NCBI GenBank assembly: GCA_963674705.1
Contig: OY771506.1
Span: 4,011,453 to 4,075,452, forward strand
Reading direction: 5' to 3'
DNA length: 64,000 bases
Origin: Phycisphaeraceae bacterium
Lineage (GTDB): Bacteria; Planctomycetota; Phycisphaerae; Phycisphaerales; Phycisphaeraceae
Below the pieces are notes generated by a model. It was given only the letters and a program-made list of their open reading frames with translations, was not told where the DNA came from and did not search any database. Every line of letters starts with the position of its first letter. Position 1 is the stretch's first letter. Positions 17,108-24,676 of the stretch are shown in pieces. The position numbers were made by a program, and so were the translations under genes.

Positions 17108-18298
17108 ATGACGGACCAACCAACTCAGCAAAACACATTCGTGTCTATGCGAGCTCCAATCGTAAAACAATCAAAAACCCGACTGGCTTTGCTGTGCGGG
17201 CTGCTGCTTGTGCTCATGCTGCTGATGATGGGCATGTACTACTCAATGCACCCGCAAGGTCCATTAGAGCGTGTTGAAGAACTGGAAACGGATTACGCCT
17301 TGATCCTATTCGGGCGGGATAAGTACCTGGATGAACGGCAGGACTTGTATCACATTCACTACTTCGAAGTGCTCGCGTCCGATCACACAAGTGACAAGAC
17401 CACATACCTGACCAACAAAAGCACGCCTCTGGGTTTATATCCGATGCAATTGCTTGCTGGCCGCAGCCAGTTGCGGTTCCTGCTGGATGACCGGTTGATC
17501 GCTTTGGACTATCGCACGATGACGGCACAAGAGATTGCCGAGTTCAAACACCTGGGCGACGAAGACAGTCATTTTGCGTGTTACCGGTATGTCGGATCGG
17601 ATCAGACCGGCGACTACTTCACGCGACACCACGAATCCGCTGCAAGATTGCAGTGGGGCGAAAGCGAGTTGTATCGGCTCGAAGCCGGACAAGCGGAGCT
17701 GAAACCGGTCGGCGCGTTCTATCAATTGTCGTACGATGCCGGGATGATGTTCGTGGATGACGGCTCAGATGCGAGCTACCAGATTCATGTTTGGCGGCAT
17801 GGACAACACCATGTCATCGATATGCCAACGGTGCAACAAAAACCGGACATCAGGCCGTACACATGGATCGATTATGTACCGGACCACGGATGTCTGTTGT
17901 CACAATCCTATTATGACAACCCGTATATCAATGACGTTCAGATCCCGCAGATGGGGATTATAAGCAAAAACACTTTCACATTGACGCAGATCAAAGCCAG
18001 GTATGCCCAGTGGACGTTTGACGGTCAGGTCGTCTTCGTCAATGAGTGGGGCGATCTATGCCTATACAACTCGATGAGTCAGACCGTATCGACGATTGTG
18101 CGCCACCCGGGCGTAATTGAAGTCAATGGCCTGGTCGTGCCGGTGCTCAATCCTGCACGCACGATGCTGGCATACATGTTTCGTCATAACGGCAAGACAA
18201 AAATACTTGTCGCGGACCTTGAGCAACGGGAATTCATTGTCATGGCTGGTGAATCAAACATGTATGACCTGGCGATGCTGCCTTCAAACCTGAATTAG
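17108..18298 (+). CDS. hypothetical membrane-anchored protein (one N-terminal TM helix, beta-rich ectodomain)
   Basis: The TM helix is LALLCGLLLVLMLLMMGMYY. No family motif was recognised. The tail RTMLAYMFRHNGKTKILVADLEQ is loosely TolB/beta-propeller-like. GC is lower than the window average. Confidence 0.6.
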   Translation: MTDQPTQQNTFVSMRAPIVKQSKTRLALLCGLLLVLMLLMMGMYYSMHPQGPLERVEELETDYALILFGRDKYLDERQDLYHIHYFEVLASDHTSDKTTYLTNKSTPLGLYPMQLLAGRSQLRFLLDDRLIALDYRTMTAQEIAEFKHLGDEDSHFACYRYVGSDQTGDYFTRHHESAARLQWGESELYRLEAGQAELKPVGAFYQLSYDAGMMFVDDGSDASYQIHVWRHGQHHVIDMPTVQQKPDIRPYTWIDYVPDHGCLLSQSYYDNPYINDVQIPQMGIISKNTFTLTQIKARYAQWTFDGQVVFVNEWGDLCLYNSMSQTVSTIVRHPGVIEVNGLVVPVLNPARTMLAYMFRHNGKTKILVADLEQREFIVMAGESNMYDLAMLPSNLN

Positions 18299-18304
18299 AA
18301 GGTC

Positions 18305-19411
18305 TCAGCCGGTCATCTTGCGGAAGTAGTCGGCGATTTTGTAGTAGACCTGAGGCAGGGGGTCAGTGTGGTTTGTATGCCAGGCGTTGATGCTTGAAGG
18401 GGAAAGCCCTACCGGCCTCGCTCGGCCGTGCAGCAAAGCCGTGAAAAGTTGTCCGAACGCCAGACCGCTGTGCGTACATGGACCGGGTTCGCCAATGACG
18501 GGGCCATCCAGCTCCTGGCCCATGGTCATTCGTATCAAGTGATGCGGAAAGTTAACCCCCGCCCAAAGCGACCAGAGCAGCGAGCCCCAGAACCTGGGGT
18601 TGAGTTCGATGACATAAACCTGACGGGTTTGCTCATCGATGCGTAGGTCCAGATGAGCGACGCCAGTGTAGTTAGCGTATTCGGCGATGGCTTTGGCGAT
18701 CCGAAAGACTTCGGGGTGTTCAAGAAAGTGGATCGTGCCGGGATTATGGGTATCGCGTTGCTGGATGGTCCAGGCCAGGAGTTTGCCGTGATCGGCGAGG
18801 ATGCTGATGTCGATGTCCGGTCCATGGATGAACTTCTGAACCAGCAGTGGAAGCGCTTCGCCGGGCTCAGCATTTTGAACGTATTGATGTAACTGTTCGG
18901 GTGAATCGATTCGGCAGATGCCTTGGCCGTTCTCGCCGTTCGGTGGTTTGACGATAACGGGATATTCGATACCGATACCATCAATATCATCCATGCTTTC
19001 CAACATGTACGACTGCGGAGCAGGCAGATCGTGCTCATTGAGGAATTTGTAGAAGTTCCACTTGTTGTGCAGCAGATCGATCGTCTGAAGGTCCGGCAAC
19101 GCGCCGATCCTGGCTTGCGTGATCTGATCCGATATCGCCGAGACAGCAAGCGTGCATCGCATGTCGGCGGGCAGCACGACTGTGATGCGATTATTCCGGC
19201 AGTAGTCGTTGATAAAGTCCGCCAACTCAGGCGTCGGCTCGGTCAGAAACCGACGCGACTTGCACACGTGCTTAGTGCAATGGCGTGACAGTCGATCTGC
19301 GATGGATAATTGGCAGTCATTGCACAGATGAACTTGATAGCCCGCTTCCCCCAAACAGGTCATCAGCTGGAAGCCAAAGAGTTCGATGGTGGAGAGTACA
19401 AGTACGTTCAT
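18305..19411 (-). CDS. ATP-grasp domain ligase (COG3919-like, substrate unknown)
   Basis: The layout DLLHNKWNFYKFLNEHDLPAP..YPVIVKPPNGENGQGI..LLVQKFIHGPDIDISIL..VIELNPRFWGS is typical of ATP-grasp enzymes. The track start is the GTG at 19420, and an in-frame ATG lies at 19411. Confidence 0.8.
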   Translation of the reverse strand: MNVLVLSTIELFGFQLMTCLGEAGYQVHLCNDCQLSIADRLSRHCTKHVCKSRRFLTEPTPELADFINDYCRNNRITVVLPADMRCTLAVSAISDQITQARIGALPDLQTIDLLHNKWNFYKFLNEHDLPAPQSYMLESMDDIDGIGIEYPVIVKPPNGENGQGICRIDSPEQLHQYVQNAEPGEALPLLVQKFIHGPDIDISILADHGKLLAWTIQQRDTHNPGTIHFLEHPEVFRIAKAIAEYANYTGVAHLDLRIDEQTRQVYVIELNPRFWGSLLWSLWAGVNFPHHLIRMTMGQELDGPVIGEPGPCTHSGLAFGQLFTALLHGRARPVGLSPSSINAWHTNHTDPLPQVYYKIADYFRKMTG

Positions 19412-19545
19412 GGCTGCCACTTATGACGGACAGCGATATGATCGGCGTAATACTCCCAGCAATGAATGCAACGCTGATTCAACAGTGTGAAAAACGATCC
19501 CCGATATTGCTCCAGCGGACTTTGCCGTCCTATAATCGGATACAT
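19408..19545 (-). CDS. candidate 45-aa small ORF, translationally coupled to the ATP-grasp gene
   Basis: My own reverse translation gives MYPIIGRQSPLEQYRGSFFTLLNQRCIHCWEYYADHIAVRHKWQP. Its TGA at 19410..19408 overlaps the ligase ATG at 19411..19409. AT-rich promoter-like DNA lies upstream of it. It is below the ORF-track length cutoff. Confidence 0.3.
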   Translation of the reverse strand: MYPIIGRQSPLEQYRGSFFTLLNQRCIHCWEYYADHIAVRHKWQP

Positions 19546-19730
19546 CCAAAGCAACAACTAAGCACGATCTGATACGTAATTAACTGTATATATGACACTT
19601 AAATTTGCATTTGCGGCGGCATTCACCGCAAGTTAATCCCATTGATTTTCATTGCTAATTAATTTACTTTAATAGTGAATTTTCACGTCTTTGTTTGGTT
19701 CTGACACATCCAACCGTAAGGAGACGTTAC

Positions 19731-20774
19731 ATGAACGACCATGTATTGACTCAGGACACAGCGTTCAGGCTGATGCGGTATTCCGCAGCTGCGAGCTTGG
19801 GCGCCTTTGCGTTTGGTCAGGCCGCAACAGAAACCATGGCTGAGGTGGCTTACACCGACCTCGGCGGAATTGTGATTGAGCGTGGCGAGTATGCCGAAGT
19901 CGATGTCGATGGCGACGGCTATCTCGACTTCCGTATGGTGAATACCGAAGCAGGCGGCATCGGCGGCTACGGCACCATGCAGTTCAACACCAGCATTGAT
20001 GCTGCGTGGTATGGCCCGCCACAAACGGGCATCAATCCGGCTTCGTATCTTCAGATCGACATGGAGGCCGATGCCACCCACGGCACCAACGCGTATTACT
20101 GTCGTTCGTTTATCGACACGCATGTCGTTGGCCCAAGCAACCCATATTGCTGGGACGAGACCGGCACCTCAGGCGGCCGGCTTTATGGTTTGCTTTCACA
20201 GTACCCCGGTTGGGACCAGAACTCGTTCTGGAATCCCTCGCCCAATCCAGTATCGTACGGCTACTCCTACAACGAATTCGCAGGGCTGCGCATGGTCGAT
20301 ATCAATGGCGATCAGCGCTGGGGATGGGTGCGGTTCCAGGTCGTCATTCATGATGCGGCGAACGAGAACAACTTCCCGATCCCGGACGGAAAACTTACAC
20401 GCCACGACTTCTTCTGGGACACGGATCGCTACATGATCCTCTACGACTTTGCCTTTGAAACCGAGGTGAATGTAGACATCATCGCCAAGCTACTGGGTGA
20501 TTTGAACGAAGACGCTTATGTGGGTCTTGATGATCTTGACATCATTCTGCAAGACTGGAACCACGGCGACCCCAGCCCGCCGAACGATCCGATCGTCGAT
20601 CCGCGGGCTGATGCGAATGGAGATGGTTTTGTCGGCCTGGACGATCTGGACATGGTGCTGACTACGTGGAATAAAGGTGCACCACCCGTAGAGCTTCCGA
20701 CCCCGGAACCCGGTGCGCTTGGGCTGCTTGCCGCGGGGATAGGCGCATTATCACTGAGGAGGAACAAGAGGTAA
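19731..20774 (+). CDS. secreted protein with two dockerin-like Ca-binding repeats and a C-terminal PEP-CTERM anchor (paralog 1)
   Basis: The signal-like segment is RLMRYSAAASLGAFAFGQAA. The dockerin-like repeats are GDLNEDAYVGLDDLDIILQDWN and DANGDGFVGLDDLDMVLTTWN. The anchor is PTPEPGALGLLAAGIGALSLRRNKR. AAGGAG lies 8 nt upstream of the ATG at 19731. Confidence 0.8.
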   Translation: MNDHVLTQDTAFRLMRYSAAASLGAFAFGQAATETMAEVAYTDLGGIVIERGEYAEVDVDGDGYLDFRMVNTEAGGIGGYGTMQFNTSIDAAWYGPPQTGINPASYLQIDMEADATHGTNAYYCRSFIDTHVVGPSNPYCWDETGTSGGRLYGLLSQYPGWDQNSFWNPSPNPVSYGYSYNEFAGLRMVDINGDQRWGWVRFQVVIHDAANENNFPIPDGKLTRHDFFWDTDRYMILYDFAFETEVNVDIIAKLLGDLNEDAYVGLDDLDIILQDWNHGDPSPPNDPIVDPRADANGDGFVGLDDLDMVLTTWNKGAPPVELPTPEPGALGLLAAGIGALSLRRNKR

Positions 20775-20911
20775 GTACGGTATTGAACGAATCGAACTGA
20801 TGCATAACAACGATACGGATCATCGAACAGATTGGCCCGTGCGATCATATCCAGGCAATGGGTATAGTCGCGCGGGTCGCCTTGAAGCTGTAGTAAATAA
20901 AGGAATCGGCA

Positions 20912-21988
20912 ATGGGTGAAGTTCAGTTGAATCGAGAAACGGCGGTCAGACTACTTCAGTATTCAACCGCTGCCGGGCTGGGCGCTTTTGCGTTCGGGGC
21001 GCAGACGCCGGAAGCATTGTCTGCGGTGGTTTACACCGATCTTGGCGGGATCGTGATTGAGCGCGGTGAATCCGCTGAATTCGATGTCGATGGGGATGGA
21101 TATCTTGACTTCCGGCTTGTCAATACGAACGCCGGCGGCATCAGCGGTTACGGCACCGTGCGGTTCATGACCAGTATCGATGCGGGGTGGTACGGCCCAC
21201 CAGTAACGAGTGTCAATCCGGCATCGTATGCCCAAATAAATGCAAGTATAACTCGTATCCACGATACCTATTACATCAATTCATTTATTGATGGCGAAGT
21301 CATCGGCCCAGGCAATCCGAGTTGTATCGATGAGCCGCCCAGCAGCGGAGGCCAGTTCTATGGTCTGCTGTCGCAGTATCCCGGTTGGGACAAGCACTCG
21401 TTCTGGAATCCTTCGCCCAACCCAAGCTCTTATGGCTATGACTACAACGAATACGCCGGCCTGCGCATGGTCGATATCAACGGTGATACACGCTATGCCT
21501 GGATACGCTTCCAGATTGTGATCCACGACACTGCGAGCACGAGCGGTTTCCCGATCCCGGACGGCCAGATCACGTATCACGACTTCTTCTGGGATACGGA
21601 TCGGTATGTGGTCCTATACGACTATGCATATGGGACGGATCCGAACACTGATATCTGCAGTGGATGTGATGACGGATGCTGGGGCGATCATCCATGTAAA
21701 GCAGCGGACCTGAACGAAGATTGTTACGTCGGTCTGGCTGATCTTGATATCGTCCTCAGCAACTGGAACCGCGGTGATCCCGGTATCGGCCCGTTATTGC
21801 CAATCCTCGATCAGCGAGCTGATGTTGACGGCGATGGCTATGTCGGCCTGAACGACCTTGACTGGATATTACAGTGTTGGGCCCAAGGCACGCCACCGAC
21901 CACGTTGGTGCCGGAACCGGGCGCCTTAGGCCTGCTGGCAGCGGGAGCGGGTGCGCTTGCACTGAATCGCAGCCGCAGGCGATCATAA
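20912..21988 (+). CDS. secreted dockerin-like / PEP-CTERM protein (paralog 2, with a Cys-rich insertion)
   Basis: About 65% aa identity to the upstream gene by eye over the full length. It has the same repeat and PEP-CTERM architecture (VPEPGALGLLAAGAGALALNRSRRRS). The extra segment is DICSGCDDGCWGDHPC. Confidence 0.8.
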   Translation: MGEVQLNRETAVRLLQYSTAAGLGAFAFGAQTPEALSAVVYTDLGGIVIERGESAEFDVDGDGYLDFRLVNTNAGGISGYGTVRFMTSIDAGWYGPPVTSVNPASYAQINASITRIHDTYYINSFIDGEVIGPGNPSCIDEPPSSGGQFYGLLSQYPGWDKHSFWNPSPNPSSYGYDYNEYAGLRMVDINGDTRYAWIRFQIVIHDTASTSGFPIPDGQITYHDFFWDTDRYVVLYDYAYGTDPNTDICSGCDDGCWGDHPCKAADLNEDCYVGLADLDIVLSNWNRGDPGIGPLLPILDQRADVDGDGYVGLNDLDWILQCWAQGTPPTTLVPEPGALGLLAAGAGALALNRSRRRS

Positions 21989-22010
21989 GTATTCGAAGCT
22001 GGTTGAGGTA

Positions 22011-22100
22011 TTACACGCGATCTTTGGGCGTCAGGAATCGTGTGACTTTGAAGGCGCGGTTGCCGCGGTATTGGCCTAGTTGGCCGATGTATGTGTGTCG
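22011..22100 (-). pseudogene. detached copy of the last 29 codons plus stop of fliM
   Basis: Ungapped 72/90 nt identity to 22795-22884. It reads RHTYIGQLGQYRGNRAFKVTRFLTPKDRV-stop, against RRKYIGQLGQYRGNRAFKVSRSITPKDRV-stop in the intact gene. There is no similarity further upstream. Confidence 0.75.
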
Positions 22101-22180
22101 TTCTCAAATAGCATGCGGGACGGATGATAAATATTGCACGAAAGCCTTAGATCAATAATCGCAGATTTGATACGGAAGGC

Positions 22181-22717
22181 CTAGAAAATCGGCCACAATC
22201 CCATCTCTGTGACTGCGAGGATGGCCACCATAGGCGTGAATATCAGTTCCGCTGCTAATCCCAACCAGCAAGTAAACTTTGCCAACTCTGTTGTTTTACC
22301 TTGCCGGTGTCTGCGGAGATTATCTGCAAACCAGATAACAGGAGCCACAGAGAAACCGAACGCCAGGTAGCATAAGAGATACCAGCTCAATGATCGATCG
22401 TGTTGAGGAGGTAAATCAGAGAATCTACCGCCTAGATTGGGAAATACGTTGGGTAATTTCCCGAGCACAACACCAATCGTTATAAGAAACAAGAAAACAT
22501 AGGATGCGATGATAGCGGATGCATTTTCAGTCTTCTGAATTAGTGCCGTGGCAAAGAGAGCCGGCAGAACAAACATAAACAGAATTCCGCGACTTAAACC
22601 TCTGACCGCTATCAAATGGGCGATTGGGATCAAGAATCCAATAACCGGCAAGGGATTGTGTTCACGAAGATACCGCAGGCAACGAGTGGAGATATGTATG
22701 TGTTCCGTCTTACTCAT
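22181..22717 (-). CDS. hypothetical polytopic membrane protein (low GC, no recognised family)
   Basis: 178 aa with about 5 hydrophobic segments. Sampled 60-nt blocks are 35-53% GC, against about 57-63% in neighbouring genes. Confidence 0.6.
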   Translation of the reverse strand: MSKTEHIHISTRCLRYLREHNPLPVIGFLIPIAHLIAVRGLSRGILFMFVLPALFATALIQKTENASAIIASYVFLFLITIGVVLGKLPNVFPNLGGRFSDLPPQHDRSLSWYLLCYLAFGFSVAPVIWFADNLRRHRQGKTTELAKFTCWLGLAAELIFTPMVAILAVTEMGLWPIF

Positions 22718-22794
22718 GTAACTGAATTCTAGAAAAATAGCTCTACCCGCACAATCACAGGAACTAGATACCCCAAGTAAAGATAATCAGTCAT

Positions 22795-23823
22795 TCACAC
22801 CCGGTCTTTAGGTGTAATCGACCGTGAGACCTTGAACGCGCGGTTGCCGCGGTACTGGCCGAGTTGGCCGATGTATTTGCGGCGGCCGCCGACGGACAGG
22901 GACAGCGGGCTGGAGGCGGGTTTTTCGGTGAGGATGACGTCGCCGACCTGCAGGTTCATCAGGTCGTTTACGCTCATGGTGGTGTCGGCAAGGACGGCGG
23001 TGACTTCAAGCTTGGCTGCTTCGAGGTGACCCTCGAGGCGGTGGCGTAGCTGCTTGTCTTTCTTGTTCTTCTTGTAAGCTGCCCAGGTCTGGCTGGAGAG
23101 CTTGTCGATCACCGGCTCGATGACGTTGTAGGGGATGCACAGGCTCATCGTGCCGGCACGTGTGCCCATCTTCACTTCAAAGTTGACGACGACGACGACT
23201 TCGTTGGGCGGAACGATCTGCACGAGCGCGGGGTTGGACTCTGTGTCTTCCAACTGGAAGTTGGCTGGGACGATATTGGCCCAAGCCTCCGCCAGGCCCA
23301 TCTTCGCGCGGTCGATGATCTTGCTGACCAGTCGGAGCTCGATCGCGGTCAGCGGCCGCTGCGGGATGAAAAGGTCCGCATTGGAACCGCCGAGCAGGCG
23401 GTCGATGACGGGGTAGATGATCAGCGGGCTGATTTCCAGACACATGTTGCCGTCCAGCGGCTCGCAGGAAAGCAGGTTAAAGCATGTGGGGTTGGGCAGG
23501 GCGTGGGTGAACTCGCTGAAGGTCATCTGCTCGATATTGGAAACCTTGACCTCCATGATCGTGCGTAGAAAGCCGGAAAGCAGGGCACCGTAACTGCGGG
23601 CGAATGCCTCATGCAGCGTTTCGAGGGCGCGCATCTGGTCTTTACTGACGCGCTCGGGCCGTTTGAAGTCGTAGTCGCGAACCTCGACATCTTCAGTGCT
23701 GCCGACACGACGCCGACTGAAGAACACCGGATCGGTCGACTCATGCTTCTCCTCGGCTGAGTCGCTGGACCCGACAGCCGCCAACAGGGCATCAACTTCA
23801 CTTTGATCAAGCAGGTCAGACAT
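22795..23823 (-). CDS. fliM: flagellar motor switch protein FliM
   Basis: MSDLLDQSEVDALL is the CheY-P-binding N-terminal peptide. The FliM middle domain is present (RDYDFKRPERVSKDQMRALETLHE). The C-terminal SpoA-like domain is present (LQVGDVILTEK). The track ORF extends to 24138, which I trimmed to the ATG at 23823. Confidence 0.85.
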   Translation of the reverse strand: MSDLLDQSEVDALLAAVGSSDSAEEKHESTDPVFFSRRRVGSTEDVEVRDYDFKRPERVSKDQMRALETLHEAFARSYGALLSGFLRTIMEVKVSNIEQMTFSEFTHALPNPTCFNLLSCEPLDGNMCLEISPLIIYPVIDRLLGGSNADLFIPQRPLTAIELRLVSKIIDRAKMGLAEAWANIVPANFQLEDTESNPALVQIVPPNEVVVVVNFEVKMGTRAGTMSLCIPYNVIEPVIDKLSSQTWAAYKKNKKDKQLRHRLEGHLEAAKLEVTAVLADTTMSVNDLMNLQVGDVILTEKPASSPLSLSVGGRRKYIGQLGQYRGNRAFKVSRSITPKDRV

Positions 23824-24001
23824 CGATTGAACAGCATCCTCAAGATCGGGGTTCTGAGGATTGTTATCGGCCTCAGGGCATGCCGATCTTGAGAACCAGC
23901 CAGCAGATACAGCCTTCGTAAGGTAAAATCGGTTCTTCCAGGAAGTGGCGGACCACGATCCTGCTGATTCTGAACACCAATCCAACCCCCCGGTACCGAT
24001 C

Positions 24002-24463
24002 ATGAGCTTACAAGACAAACTCGCTGAACTGGGCTTAGAGCTACCCGAATCACCGTTGACCGTCGCTGCGTACCTGCCCGCGGTACGCACCGGCAATCTG
24101 GTCGTTGTCAGCGGCCAACTGCCGCTGGTCAATGGCAAACTGGAAGTAAACGGCCCTGTGCCTTCGAAGACCTCGATGGAAGTGGCTCAAAAAGCAGCGG
24201 CACAGTGCGTTTTGAATGGCCTGGCGGCGTTGGGCACGCTGATCGAGCGGGATTTTTCCCGCCTGGTCGGCGTGATCCGGGTGGGAGTATTCGTCGCATC
24301 GGACTCAAACTTCAACGAGCAGCACCTGGTCGCCAACGGTGCTAGTGAGTTGCTGAATAAGCTTTTGGGCGAAAAAGGCCGGCACGCAAGGACGGCGGTG
24401 GGGGTGCCATGCCTGCCGCTGGGGACGCCTGTAGAGATAGAATTCATGTTTGAGGTGGCATAG
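24002..24463 (+). CDS. ridA: RidA/YjgF family reactive-intermediate deaminase-like protein
   Basis: VVVSGQLP..NG.L and the C-terminal RTAVGVPCLPLGTPVEIEFMFEV are typical of the YjgF/RidA family. The preferred ATG is at 24002. Confidence 0.85.
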   Translation: MSLQDKLAELGLELPESPLTVAAYLPAVRTGNLVVVSGQLPLVNGKLEVNGPVPSKTSMEVAQKAAAQCVLNGLAALGTLIERDFSRLVGVIRVGVFVASDSNFNEQHLVANGASELLNKLLGEKGRHARTAVGVPCLPLGTPVEIEFMFEVA

Positions 24464-24676
24464 ACCGTTGGGTGGATTCGTAGCCGAGCGGCCATGCCCG
24501 ATGATCCCAAGGTTGACGAAAGGTCGATTTACAGCGACACTTACGGGTCGTGACCCTGCTGTCACGATGGGTTGCTCAGGCATCCCAGCCAGGGGGTTTG
24601 AACGGTTTGGGGCACTGTCCGCGAAAAGCGGGTAATACGTCGGCCGTCGAGGCCGGTATCAGCTTGTAACATCGGA

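Noticed and set aside
23824-24138. 105-aa N-terminal extension of the fliM ORF
   Set aside because: The conserved FliM N-terminal CheY-binding peptide begins at the internal ATG (23823). The extension is low-complexity and would almost overlap the divergent ridA start region.
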